Assembly (NCBI GenBank): GCA_964016885.1
Contig: OZ024743.1
Location: forward strand, 295,182,001-295,246,000
DNA: 64,000 bases
Reading direction: 5' to 3'
From: Eledone cirrhosa
Lineage: Eukaryota
A program made the translations under genes and the position numbers. The stretch's first letter is position 1. Every line of letters begins with the position of its first letter. Positions 47,910-62,004 of the stretch are shown piece by piece. The notes below the pieces were generated by a model that was not told where the DNA came from, did not search any database, and worked only from the letters and a program-made list of their open reading frames with translations.

Positions 47910-48490
47910 GAGGGTGATGGGGGCAGAGTCCTTCTCAAACACCCCGTCCAGCGAGTCTGTCAGTAGCAAACATCTCTAACTGATCCAGCTGGATCCCAAA
48001 GCGTGACCAGCCAAGCATTATCCAACTATCTTGCTCAAGGCCTACCTCTGGGTCTCTTGTCGGTTGGTTTTGCCTGTAAAATGTGTGCAGCGATTCTTTA
48101 CTGAGACATTCTAACCACATGCTGATAATATCGGAGTTGTGATCTCTCAATTCTACCAGGAGTGACTCTCTAGTCTCTGAGTTATGCTCTTTATCGAGTA
48201 ACGTTACTCCAAAGACCCTTTGGAGGAATTCTATTTCTGCCACTTTTATTTGCAATTGTATTGTTGGTCATTACTCAAGATTCATGATCCTCGGTAAGAG
48301 TTTGCAGAATACCAGGAAGACAGCGAGTTTGGCTTTTACCCCCACCCCTCATCTGATTGCTGAGGCTGGCGCTTTACTGCATCAGCTTTTGCAATTCTTG
48401 CACTTAATTCAGCCTCCTGCATTCCATCACTCATGAACACGGTTCCAAGATACTGAACTTCTCTAACTGCTTCAGTAGAACTCCAGTCAC
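47910..48490 (-). pseudogene. RTE-like LINE 3' fragment
   Basis: VQYLGTVFMSDG..EAELSARIAKA; AEIEFLQRVFGVTLLDK..NSETRESL. Confidence 0.7.
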
Positions 48491-48694
48491 ATGTATATAA
48501 ATTTGAGGGACTTCTATCCACCCGCCCATCACGCAATGTGTATGTGTGTTTGTGTGAATGTATGTGCGTGTAAAATGAAGGAAAGGGATACATACATATA
48601 TATGTCTAACTTACAAACACTGACACACACATACGTGTCTCTAATTTAAGAAACCCGACACACTCACGCGCGCGCACATACACACACTGTCCTA

Positions 48695-49200
48695 TTAACA
48701 CTCAAGAGCTTTGGCCCGGGCAAACATTCCTCAATTTTGGAACCGTCTGGGTTGTCCAGAATTGATGGGAAAATACTTGACGGTCTTATTCTGTGGTCCT
48801 GGCCAAGAGATAGGTGCCTTACTTGAGACGTCACAGTTAGTGACTCTTTTACTTCTTCCCACATTCTGGATGCAGAGGTAAGGGTGGGAGCTACAGCAGC
48901 CACAGCTGAACTGAACAGAATCCTAAAATATCGTGTTCTGTGAGCTAGCTACATTATCCAGCCTGTGGCGTTCGAGATGTTTGGGGGAGTCGGGCTACTA
49001 GCAGCGAGGTTCTCATCTTCACTGGCGGCTCTCCAAACAGAGGTGACTGGTGATGCTTGTGAGGGCACTTAGTTGTTCCAGGATCTCAGCCTCGCCATCA
49101 CCCCAGGTAACGCTTCAAGCGTGCTTGCTTGCCTCAAAAGTTATTAGAGAGGTTTCCCAGTGCTCCTTCCTATATTGCTATCTTTTGCTCTGGTAGCGGC
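48695..49200 (+). pseudogene. CRE-like (REL endonuclease) non-LTR retrotransposon 3' fragment
   Basis: Translation LEPSGLSRIDGK.LDG...W...RCLT*DVTVSD and PVAFEMFG matches the EP.GL.R.DGKRPDG..W..WDVT pattern. Confidence 0.65.
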
Positions 49201-49439
49201 TCGTTTATCCACTCTTTCGCCTGCATTTTGTTCTATGTAGTCTAAGATATGTGCATTACGTGATTGTGTATTGTTTCTCTTTTTTTTCCTTTCCCCTTTC
49301 TTTGTATATATTATATTTGTTAGTGTTTTCGTTCTGTATCCTTTATATTAAATGAGTTTTTAAAAAAAGAGTTAATAAATAAATAAACCGTTATACTTGT
49401 TTTACCCTCTCATTTCCACTTCACCGAACGCTATCATGA

Positions 49440-49838
49440 CCGTATGTGTGTGATTGTATAAATGTATATGTGTGAATGTATGTATATTTGTATAAATGTA
49501 TGTATGCTTGTGAAATGTATGTGTGAATGTATGTATATTTGTGTGAATGTATGTATATGTGTGTGAATGTATGTATATTTGTGTGAATGTATGCATATTT
49601 GTGTGAATATATGTATATTTGTGTGAATATATGTGTATGTGTGTGATGTATGTATATTTGTGTATTGTATGTATATTTGTGTGAATGTATGTGTATTCGT
49701 GTGAAAGTATGTATATCTGTGTGAATGTATGTATATTTGTGTGAATGTATGTATATTTGTGTGAATGTATGTGTATGTGTGTGATATATGTATATTTGTG
49801 TGAATGTATGTATATTTGTGTGAATGTATGTATATTTG
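49440..49838 (+). repeat. ~20-bp minisatellite (gtgtgaatgtatgtatattt)n
   Basis: About 20 degenerate tandem units. Confidence 0.9.
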
Positions 49839-50849
49839 TTCTATATATATGGTAGTTGAAGTGGTGGTGGTGTCGACGATATACCGGAAGTGCAACTTTG
49901 AAAAGAAGTCAATTTGAAATTATTTATTTTTACGAAATTATTTTTGTTTACGAAGTTTACTACATAAATTATGTAATATTCATTCATTATTTATTCAAAG
50001 TAATCCCACTTATTTTACAAACGGGATAAAAAGAAATAAACCGTACACAGTCCCGCAGACTTTCTTTATTATAGTTTAGATATAGAAAGAGGGGCTTATA
50101 ATATATATAGAGAGAGGGGTTATACTATAGTTAAAGAGAGGGGTTTATAATATAGAGAAATGGATGGGTTATAATATAGAGAGAGGGGTTTATTATATAG
50201 AGAAAGGAGGGTTAAAGTATATATAGAGAGAGAGGGGGTTAAATATGTATATAGAGAGAGGGTTGTTATAATATATAGAGAGGGTGGTTTTATATATAGA
50301 GAGAGGGGGGTTTTAATATATTTAGTGGGAGGGGTTATAATAGGGAGAGAAGGAATTATTCACTGGTCCAGCTAGTAATAATAATAGTAATAAACGAAAG
50401 ATATATATTTTACATCGTCTCTATTTTATGATATATATTTCGAAGATGCAAAGTTTTAAGTATAACATAAACCCAAACATGTCCTCTTCAGACAAGATAC
50501 ATATGAGATGTGGTTAGCGATAAAATACATATACTTGGTGGTCACCGATCTGTCCAGCTGGTTTGTTGACCAGCATATCTTGATGAAAATTGATCATCTC
50601 ATATGTATTTTGTCTGAAGAGGACATGTTTCGGTTTATGTTATACTTAAAACTTTGCATCTTCGAAATATATATAATAAAATAAATAGAGACGATGTAAA
50701 ATATATATCTTTCGTTTATTACTATTATTATTATAATAATATTCCGGATAAATATAAACTGTTGAGTGCTAGGCATCTGTAATATATGAGAATCAGTTGA
50801 TTACAAATCATCTAAATCATTTTTCATTGATTTATTATATACATATACC

Positions 50850-50885
<36 letters not shown>

Positions 50886-51600
50886 GGGGGGGGGGGGGGT
50901 GCGTGTGCGTCTGTGTAGAATGTAAGCAGAAATAACAACACAATCGGTACAGTATAAGGAAGGAATATATTGGGTTAAGGCTTGAAATAGCAGGAAGAGG
51001 TTCTTAACGCTTCAGACACTAGTCCTTCATCAGAAGAAAGAATGAGATATAAGATAGATTGAAGGGATGGGCGGGTGGAATTTGAAAAAAATGTCCTTAG
51101 ATAAAAATACGCAAATATATACGCAAATATATATGCATATAGGAATAGAATGAAACAGGCACACATATATGCATACAGGCACACATATATATATACACGT
51201 ATCAGTTTACCGAACATTTATTATAATGTTCGCTTTGTTCTTTTGTAAACAAACGAACAGCCTGATTTACGCCGTACAGTGTTTAGGCAACCACGTCACC
51301 TTTTTGTTCAACACTGACACAGGAACGATGTACTAGTTTCAAGCTTGTTAGCTATCGTCAGCACCGTATACCTTTCTGCCAGATGGTTGAACGTCCGAAA
51401 GTATATACTTTCCTTATGAAAATTAACGGCTGAGCAGCCTAATTTGCATATCGAGTGAGTTCAGTCGGCCAGGCGCACCGAAAACGATAAATGGAATAGA
51501 ATGAAACGAAATTTCATTTCTCACTCTTAGTACGGCACTTACTTAAATGTAAGTATGTATGTATACGTACATACATATATGTATACAGACGTACAGTAGC

Positions 51601-51651
<51 letters not shown>

Positions 51652-51784
51652 CAGGCACACATATATATATATGCACGTATCAGTTTACCGAACATTTATT
51701 ATAATGTTCGCTTTGTTCGTTTGTAAACAAACGAACAGCCTGATTTACGGCGTACAGTGTTTAGGCAACCACGCCACCTTTTTC

Positions 51785-51827
51785 ACGGTGCTGACGATAG
51801 CTAACAAGCTTGAAACTAGTACATCGT
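51785..51827 (+). ncRNA. Minimal type I hammerhead with palindromic stem III (mirror copy at 51325-51367 minus)
   Basis: acggtg-CTGACGA-t-agct aaca agct-t-GAAA-ctag-TA-catcgt. Confidence 0.85.
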
Positions 51828-54032
51828 TCCTGTGTCAGTGTTGAACACACGAACCAGAATATAATCCTAGACTCTCTAGATGACTGGATATGTGATTCTA
51901 TTTCACATGTGCACTTTAAATTAAGGGACGTTTAGTCTAGTGCCTTATCTACACCAAGACATTATTTATATTGGATTGGCAGTATCAGTAGTGAGTCGGA
52001 CGCCATGCTTTGCAGCAAAGAATTACGGCCCTTTATGGTCTGAGATCAAATCCAGCCAAGGTTAACTTTGCCTTTCATCCTTACGGGGTCGATAAAATAA
52101 AGTACCAGTAATGTACTGGGTAATTGCTGGCCTTGTGCCAAAAGTAGAAACAATTGTTTATATTTATATTTTCATTTTCCATTTATATCGTATTTTTTTA
52201 TATTTATTTATATTTATATTTCGTATTTTTATATTTTACCTCAATATATTGTTGCCAAGTTATTATTCCCTTAACTTTCTATATCTCACCTCATATGTAA
52301 CCTCTCTCTCATGATTTATTGCACCATGAAAGCAACCTAGAATATGTAATATACTACCTATATTTTATTTTCATCTACCTGTGGGTGTTGGGGAAGTAGG
52401 TTAATCAATCGACCGGCAACTTGCGGTCCTTTGTGTAAAACGTTTTTCGGACTAACTTTGGCTACGGAACTAGAGTACTTGGAATTGATTAAATACTTAA
52501 TCAATTTTTCCCTCGCTTCACTTTTTTAATATACTCGGCCACTAGTAACCTATTTATTTTGGATTTTACAATGATGTACTGGACTACTTGGCCGGTCAAA
52601 AACAAATCACACCAAATTAGCCCTCAACACAATCGCATATATATCATATGTACACATGAAATCGCCTGATAACCCCTTATTCTTCTAAATATGTACTTCC
52701 GTAAATCATGGCCATTAGAGGTTTAAAAAGAAACTGCTTTTACTTAACATAAATTTAGCACATAGTGTTTGTAAGTTCTAGTAAAGTTTATTGCGTTTTT
52801 AAAATTCTTTAATCTTATAATTCAATTTTTCATGCAACCTTACAAATTTGTATCTTATTTCATCTATTGAAACGCTTACTTTTCTCTGGGCATTAGATTG
52901 GCAGTACCGGTAGAGAGTAGACACTTGTAGCATAGTGCTATGGCGCTTTACGTTCTGAGTTAACATCTCGCCAAGGTTAGCTTTGCTTTTCATCCATACG
53001 GGTTCGATAAAATAAAGCACCAGTACTGCACTGGGGTAAATTGGTGGCCTTGTTCTAAAAAGTATAAACAATATTATTGTCATTTTTTTCTATTTCTAAA
53101 TTTTCCATAGCTCTGTTCCCCTTTAAATACCGTCACGGTAAACTGCCTTGTCTGGCCGACGACCAATATATTAATAGTCGGCTCTGTGGCAATGGCATTC
53201 TCTAAGACGGATAAATCACTTTCGCCACTTGGAATCCCCTACCTCCTCCATCACCTACCAGCCAACAAAGGTGGCATCAAGTGTCATTCGGTGACGCCCT
53301 GGTATCGATATAACACCATATTCGCAGGCTATCCCCAAATAAAATTTTCTATTTACTATCTACTATTTTTTCTCTATCTCCTATATTTGGGTTCAAAGTA
53401 ATCCTGTGATATAATTCTGCAAATAACGCCTGATGAAGACGCCTTGTCTTGCATCATAATCAGATGATAGAGCTGGGCCATAAAAATAGGTATAATGATT
53501 TCCTAGAATTAAAATTCTAAATTAAACTTTCCAATCCGACCTGAGCGAGAAGAGAGGCTGTTTCTTATTCTGTTGGGAACAGCAGCAGCTGTAAGTCACA
53601 TGTGAACGGAAGTATCAGCAGCAATATGTGTAATAACAAGGGTGAGGTGATAGATGAGGAAGGGAATAGAGAGAGAGAGAAAATAGGTAGATAGATAACG
53701 ATATAAAGAGTTACTTGTCTCTGACACCTTAATTTAAAAGGTTTCAAGCCATGAGTGTATATGAATTTCATAAATTTGTAGATTTATAAGCACGAACAGA
53801 CAGCCTTGTTTCCTGTCAACCCAGCTTGGTATAGACGTGCTCCGCTATACAGAGAGTATTCAAATATTAAAACCGCAGGTTCCATGTAGTTTTCAAGATT
53901 TCCTTATTCATCTCTATAAGAATATGTGCTATTGCTCAATCTCAACTCATTTACTTTCTCACAGTCAGGAACTCCGTCTATTCATACTCATCAGTGACGT
54001 TAGTGAAATAACGTTATGATTCAAGGACAAAG

Positions 54033-54064
<32 letters not shown>

Positions 54065-54299
54065 TTTATTGTATGTTTAATTCATAAGATATTGCAATTC
54101 AATAACCCACTGTATGGAGAATGCCACACACCCACACACATACACATGCCGCTGTACAATTTATTACTAATATGAAATAAGTGATATTCTCTTGATATAA
54201 CGTGTTAGTTACTCTACATGTCTCTCTTCATATAACATGTCTTTTCACTATAGCAATAACGATAACTATTGTAGCGTACAGGTTTCAATCACTACACCA

Positions 54300-54399
<100 letters not shown>

Positions 54400-54412
54400 A
54401 CCTCTCTCTCTT

Positions 54413-54494
<82 letters not shown>

Positions 54495-54499
<5 letters not shown>

Positions 54500-54670
54500 T
54501 TCTACAAAACTAGAACATTTTCATTCGGTAGAAATCATCAGGAAGCCCTGATGATTTCTCCCGAATGATATAGTTCTAGTCTTGTAGAAGCCATTTCTAT
54601 ATTAAATATTTATACTCTGCTATGTATTGAGTACATTACCTACTGTGGTTACCCCCGATTGAGTCCAGGA
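54495..54670. mobile_element. Mini fold-back element, same family as 32054-32240, opposite orientation
   Basis: Arms 54495-54542/54547-54594; centre tcatcagg-aagc-cctgatga; shared tail tatactctgctatgtattgagtac. Confidence 0.8.
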
Positions 54671-55304
54671 TATATATATATATGTATATATATATATTCT
54701 TTTTTTCCCATGGGTCAATCCGTCTTACCCATGAAGGATGGATATTAAACGACGAGGTTGATTATATTTATATATACGAGTATATATATATATATAACGA
54801 GTATATATAAATATAAAATAAAATACCATATAATTGATAAGCTTAAAGTATAAAAACCGACCATTTTATAATATAATATAATAAATAGAGATAAACACAG
54901 AAACATGTGCGTTTAAACATTTTTTTTTCTTCTCGTGTGAAATTTAGTTACCCAATTTACCTCTATGTGTTTGTTGCATATAATTTCTATCTCCTGTTGA
55001 GAAGCCTTAGGATTATCTGTTACAAACACACATTTAACGGCGAAATAGACTACTTCTGTAATCTGTCCACCAGATTAATAGTTATTGAAACGGTTTCTAG
55101 ATTTTAATTCAATTTTTATCATGTATTTTCCGTTTGCTTCATAGATTATATTCTTCATACAAAGGTGGTTTTCCAGCCCTGGTAATTTTAAACACACATT
55201 TTTCTGTGTTTAACCCATCTAACCCTAGCTAGCGTGGAAGATAGACATTAATCGAGGATGTTGATGATGCTGATATATATGTATGTATGTATGTATATAT
55301 TTGA

Positions 55305-55375
<71 letters not shown>

Positions 55376-55391
55376 CAAATATATACATACA

Positions 55392-55973
55392 TGTAACATG
55401 TATCCCAATACAACCTGTCTCATGGTCGGGTCGTTGGCGACTAAACTGGCATCCCCACCAAGGTTTCTTGGTGAGGAGGGTGACTTTGGACATCCTGCAG
55501 GACTAAAAACAAAACCTGTCAAAGGGCAAAGCAGCTCTTAAGAGTCAATGGCCATCCAAAATCACCGGGAGAGATGACCCCTTAGCCTTTGTCAAGGCAG
55601 AATTCTAGGAGAAGGAAAACTATGATATAACACCTGCAACACTGATGATATCCAATGATGTTGACGTGTTCTTCTTTTTGGTAAATATCATCTTGGTTAA
55701 GAGAGTGGGACTGGCTTTGTGCAGTGCCTTTGCTCACTATAAAAGCTTCACGACACAAGCATTGCTTTATATCTGGAGATCTCTCTGCACTTGTCATCAC
55801 ATGGTACAATGGGCCCAGCACTATGTGTCAATAATTGTCACAAGTGTAGTGTTTGTACCAGAGTTTTCAAGTCGCTGGCTGGACTAAAATGTCATACTCG
55901 TTCAGCGCATCAGTAGGGGTTCTCCTACATGGATATAAAGTAGTGGCCGTACTCGAAAACGAGTTGGCAGCCA

Positions 55974-55975
<2 letters not shown>
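55392..55975 (+). mobile_element. RTE-related bipartite non-autonomous element (subfamily A)
   Basis: Near-identical to 15064-15655. Confidence 0.85.
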
Positions 55976-56037
<62 letters not shown>

Positions 56038-56184
56038 GTTGTTCCCCAAATTGTATTCACACTTCAACAGCATTCTAATCAAAGTATGCGTACATTTTAT
56101 GGAACACCCCGTATATATACACACGCACACACCTCCACAAACACACACGCACACACACACACACACAGACACACACCGACACAG

Positions 56185-56258
<74 letters not shown>

Positions 56259-56509
56259 AGATATATATATATATATATGCTGATATATATATATGCATAT
56301 ATGTTTGTATGTATGTATGTTTATATGCAGGTATGCATATGTACGTGTGTTTGTGTGTATTTCTCCTTTTCATAGTAGGTTATTGCAATGTAAATTGAAT
56401 TTTAGGAAAATATCGTGTTAGTTCTATTATACCAATGTGTTTGAAATATTAAATTCGCGTAGATTTACACTGGTTCTCATTCGGCAATTTGACCACCAAA
56501 TTAGTGTCT

Positions 56510-56720
56510 TTATTTCCAGGGCTACCGTAAGTGACATTCTAATAATTCCTAAAACCATACATCACGTGGTATAATACATCTCAGTCCCAGTAATCTAATG
56601 AAATCGTCGAACGTGCTACTTAAAGAAGAATCAAAATGGTTGAACAAATTATCCATGTCCAAATTACATTTTTATAACTTCACACACAATCGTTTGAGCC
56701 AGGGGCTAAAGCACTGAATG
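56510..56720 (+). pseudogene. Possible highly decayed LTR-retrotransposon integrase fragment
   Basis: Translation FPGLP*V..FLK....Q*SNEIVERA resembles FGLP...PQSNGLVER; downstream FEPG. Confidence 0.3.
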
Positions 56721-58494
56721 CATCTACTTATTGATTCGTATAATGACTTTCTCATTGATTCTCCAATAAATGTGCATCTGTAGTAATGGATTTTGCATTT
56801 CTCTTTCCACCTATATGGATCAAATACTCAAAGCTTTAAGGACATTTATCTGTGTGGTGAACGATAATTTGAATATGATTGCTTTTTTATTTTAGAAATT
56901 TGTTAATCTAACATTTAAATAAAGCTGGTGATTGTTTAATCTTGTTAATGTGTCATACTGGGGGATAAAACCACATATTTCCATTGATCAGGCGTAAATG
57001 GGGTTCCTCTCATTTCCAAAGAAGGAGTGATAAAATGGCATAGATGTGGTGCATGTCTCTTGTCGATAGCTTTCTTGAAGACAGATAAAATTTGGGGTAT
57101 CAAATTGGTTAAATCTTAATTAGAACGTCCGATTCCGAGACATTACAAAATAATAACTGCTCTTATATATCCTCAATACGTAATTCCGTTAGTAATAAAA
57201 TATTTTCTATATTTCAGGAATCAGCAATACGAGTATACTGCTTTGTGATATATATTGAAATTGAAGCAATGATACTGAGAGTTTGATAATAACAAACTTA
57301 TGCTAATATCGACATCTTTGTAATATTCGATATTGTTGAAAAGTATGAGTTATACATTAACGCCACAACAGCATTCCCACACTACACATTGTTTTTGTCG
57401 ATCACCTGAAATTGAAGTGAAATGTTTAATAAGAAAACATTTCGAAATAGCGTTAAGTACTTTCGCTCAAAGGACAAAACAAATGCGTCGAAAAAAGATG
57501 GTGAAAAAGGAAATAAAAAAATAAGAAAACAACAAAAGTGAAATAAATCAATATGTTTATTTCGTTTAGCCATAGGATGTTTTTATATACATTTATATAT
57601 TTTATTTATTGATTTAGTATGATATTCTTTCTAAGTAAGTCAAGTGATAAAGAACCGACAGTGAGATTTCTTTAACAAGTGTCAACAATTTTCTGAAATA
57701 TATAAGACAATTTAAAAAATATCAATAAAAAGGTATAGACAACACCAGCTGGTGCATTCAGTTGTGTTGGTAGATACTAAAACTTATAGAAAAGTAAATA
57801 GTTTTGATTGATAAACAAATGTTTTGTATTGATAAGATGGGACAAAAGAGGTGTAACTTAGTAAACCCCACAAACCCAAATACAGTAAAGACAAATCCTT
57901 TCTCAATTGTTTATCTGCAGATTTATAATGACAGTTGATATGATGAAATTGAGAATGTCATAATATGAACAGGGACACAAGTCTTTTGTGTAAATCAAAG
58001 AAAAATGTTGTACATCATGGAACAAGCCACTGAATCACGTGTTTAGTTATATACAAAAGAATAAAAAAATGAAATATTTCTATCATTATCAATTCCATAA
58101 ATATGGCAAATATACTTCAGTGTCGGACAGGATAGCTTGCAGTATTTAATTTGGCTCCTTCCGTTATAAGTTCGAATTCTACGGATATCAAAAGGGAAAT
58201 TCGTGTGTGCCCAGAACCGCCCAACGGTGGTTTCCTCTATAATGTTCGTGGTTCATAATAATCATTGCTCTTATTATTCAGACATATTTTCCAAATGATG
58301 GACAAACAATGGACACGGAAACTTCCGAGAAGCAAAACAAGAGACTTCCCACTCTTTAACTCTCATCGGGGTGTATATAGAATTGTTGGCGTTAATACTG
58401 TACAATTCCTTTCAACATACGAATAGCTCTTCATAAAATAGACTTTTTAAATGAAAAATATATAGAATCCGAGAGGAGTAAAGAAAATGATACA

Positions 58495-58638
58495 TTCTGG
58501 ACTCCAGAAATAGCCGTCGAAACGGCTTGAGCTCTGGCGTCGGGGTTAAACATTTTCCTATTACCCACTCTACCACCCTAATTATTGAGTACTCTGGTGC
58601 GTTATGGTCCATCTGGTTCCTTACCACACTTCCTTCGT

Positions 58639-58640
<2 letters not shown>
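58495..58640 (+). mobile_element. Non-palindromic copy of the 17501/62000 family
   Basis: ccagaaatagccgtcgaaacggcttgagctc...ggttccttaccacacttccttcgtta then (TA)n. Confidence 0.75.
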
Positions 58641-58674
<34 letters not shown>

Positions 58675-58762
58675 TACAGAGACAGATACTATCAGAGACA
58701 GTATGTGTTTTAGATCGATATCTAGTGATTTCGATCTCGTTGTTTAACATTTCCTCAACAAA

Positions 58763-58844
<82 letters not shown>

Positions 58845-59447
58845 TATATATCTTGCAACCTTACCACTATTTATATATATATATATTCATAAACTTGTAG
58901 TATCTTCATATATATGTATCTTAGTTTCATGCATATGCCACTACTTGTACACATCACTACTATAAAAAACAGTAGCAACCATATTCCAGTTCTGAAATGC
59001 AGTCAAGACAAACGTTACTATAATTTTAATAAACCACTACAATGGAAATATTTTAATATTAAATATTAACGAAGAGGAACTATTTTATATAATGTGTAAA
59101 TATACTAAACAACATTAATACGGTATTAAACTTTGTAGTTTCCATATAAGACAAATAATATATTGATTGGCTGGTTACGGCTCGAATGCATTAGTGTTAT
59201 TTCATATTACAAACACAAGTGAAATGATAAAATGCATATGTTCTTGTAGCGTTGTGTATATACATAATTCTATCTACGTAGCAGAGTGTAAACAGAAACC
59301 AAGTAAATTTCGATGTTTCGCTGTTTTCATTTCAATTTTATATGTTACATGTAAATAACTTCGACAGGCTAACAAAATATGAAACAGCTAATTTCTCAAT
59401 ATTTTGTAAAACGATATTGTAAAATATGTTGGGAAATATAGCCGCAA

Positions 59448-59560
59448 GCATGACTCTGTAGTTAAGGTGTTTGCTTTGCATCTCCGTGGTTCCTGGTTCA
59501 CCCCCCATCTGTCTGGCATTTTGGGAGAAAAACATCTTCGACCGATGTGAGTGAAAATTG
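59448..59560 (+). mobile_element. Decayed tRNA-derived SINE head
   Basis: A-box-like tgactctgtagttaag and B-box-like ggttca spacing. Confidence 0.35.
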
Positions 59561-60177
59561 GTGGTAGAAACTGTTGAAGTCTGTCGAATGCGCGTACAAA
59601 AGCACACACACTCACACACACATATATTTATATGGTCAGGGGTGGGGGTCTATTCTCGCGCACCTACCACCGGTAATGTAGCAGTTCGGCAAAAGGGATC
59701 AATAAAATTTACCAGGCTGGTAAATATAATACTCGGGTAGACATGATAGAATAAAATCCCTTCGGTGTGGTTCTCCAAAATGGCCGCAATTTAATGACTG
59801 AAACCAATAAATGAAGAAAATAATTATTTTTGTAACTATCATGTTTATAACGATCATAGAACCATTCAGTGGGCCAGCAAAAAACATAAGCAAGAAAGCT
59901 GTCATTTTCGACAGCTCGATTGTCCATCTAGTTATATATTATCGTCGAACATCCTTTCCGAAGAACAGCATGCACTATCTTGTCTAAGAATTATTGGTAT
60001 CGGCAGATTGGCTGAGAATATAGGATGACAATTTACAATTAAATGCAAATTTTACAGTCTTTAGGTCAGAGATTTATCAATGGTTTAACTCGTCCTTCTA
60101 AAAAGATGTGCAATTCTCTATAATTAATAAAACTGTCACCAATGTTGAAGAAGTCTCTACACTAGTATATATATTAT

Positions 60178-60247
<70 letters not shown>

Positions 60248-60253
60248 TATATG

Positions 60254-60286
<33 letters not shown>

Positions 60287-60914
60287 GTATATATATATGT
60301 ATATATATATGTATATATGTATATATATATATATGTATATATATATGTATATATATATATAGTAATAATAATAAATTTGAAGACTAAATGTGTCTGTGTG
60401 TGTGCGCGTGCATGTATATATGTACGCCTGTATGCATGCATGCTATTTCTTATAGAAGGACACTCTACATGGTAATTTTAAATTCAAAACGAAAACAGTA
60501 TATTTCGCCGACAGTGCAAAAGAAAACAAAAGAAAACAAACCCAAACAAGAAATCTAAAGGAAAATCAAAACATAAACCACAAAAACTAATGCCATAAAT
60601 CTGTTTGAAAAGAAACAGTCAATTTAAATAATGTAAACAAAAACAACCCAGAATTTATAACAAATTTGTAATTACAATACAAGTCTATTTACTGTCTCAC
60701 CTTAATCAGGAAAATAAAGCACGAGGCGTCATAGATTCTGATGTAAATCCTAAAGATAACAATTAGTGTGTTTTGATGGGAATTATTTGTCATTAATATA
60801 TGTTTCTTTTAAGGAGATATATTATGCTGTGAAGATGGACAATCGCCAATTGGACGCACATAGACTTAGTATTGTTCTTGTTCATTTTGTTCTCTAAATG
60901 AGGAGAAGAGAAAA

Positions 60915-61270
60915 TTGAATGAAAATAACAACAGCAACAACAACAATGCAGTCGATGTTTATGATAATGTTGATAATGGTGATGATGAGGAGGAGGTGGG
61001 TGCCGATGACGAAGATGATGAGGATTTCGACGTGGAAGACGACGAAGATGATGATGATGATTATTATTATTATGTTGATGTCAGAGGTGTTGGTGATGAT
61101 AGTGGTTGTGATGGTGATGGTGTTTTGGTTTTCGAGGTATAGACGATGGTCATCATTAGGCTGATCATAAACTTGTTGATGACAAAGCTTATGATGATGA
61201 TGATTATTAGGATGATGGTGATAATGATGAGGCTGAGAACTATAGGATGATGATGCTAACACTATGATGA
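60915..61270 (+). repeat. Degenerate (GAT)n low-complexity tract
   Basis: gatgat/gataat runs; the acidic ORF is a by-product. Confidence 0.75.
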
Positions 61271-61755
61271 ATTCAATAGTACAGATGTTTTGGCTTCGTT
61301 ACCTTTGTTTATTTGTGTGTTATTCCTGATATTCATAATAAACGACTTTGCTGTTGCTGCTATTACCGGTAAGAGTGTTGATGACGACGTTTTTAAAAAT
61401 ATATTATTGTATTTTTAAATAATCGTATATTTATGTGTATATAACAAGTCAAGAAAATTACTTTATTATATAACGTTCAAATACAGTAAAAAAAAAAGAA
61501 TATTAGCTTTATACATTGTTTCATGTAATAGACATTTCCTATCGCAATGGTTCAATACTGCTAAGGTTTCCATACGGAAACCATTAAAATATTACAAACT
61601 TGTGTACACGTAAAAACAGACGCATACACACACGGATACAGACACACCCACACGCACACGTACAAAGACACACACACGCTCAAACACACATAAATATTCT
61701 CTATCCACCAAATACATACTTGATATATATATATATGTGTATATGTATGTATGAA

Positions 61756-61966
61756 TGTTACATGTTACCAGTAGCACTCAACAGAGACCAGTACAACCTG
61801 TCGCATGGTCGTGTCGTTGGCGACTAAACCGGCAACCCCACCAATTGTACTTGGTGAGCAGGGTGATTTTGGACACCCTGCAGGACAAAAACAAAACTTG
61901 ACAAAGGGGAGAAGAACTGATAAGCGACAACGGCCATCCAAAAATGTGTAAATATGTATTTACATA

Positions 61967-62004
<38 letters not shown>

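Larger units (their letters stand above)
47535..50375 (+). mobile_element. Helitron-like non-autonomous insertion carrying nested fragments
   Basis: Begins TC(tatatattaatacgc), ends CTAG, inserted between A and T with no TSD; internal agagagggggttataata repeats at 47690-47770 and 50085-50345. Confidence 0.6.
47435..50835. mobile_element. Double-hammerhead fold-back element whose left arm (47435-47534 + 50376-50510) is split by an insertion; right arm 50595-50835
   Basis: Joining 47534 to 50376 regenerates the reverse complement of the right arm; hammerheads at 50422-50499(-) and 50606-50683(+): tattttgt-CTGAAGA...GAAA-tatata-TA-ataaaata. Confidence 0.8.

Noticed and set aside
53429-53460. 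CTGATGA-agac..gtct hairpin as a hammerhead
   Set aside because: No GAAA follows stem II.
56950-57090. Possible minus-strand exon after a polypyrimidine-AG
   Set aside because: Short, no clear donor, no recognisable homology.
60915-61164. Acidic and Met-rich ORFs
   Set aside because: Degenerate (GAT)n low-complexity sequence.
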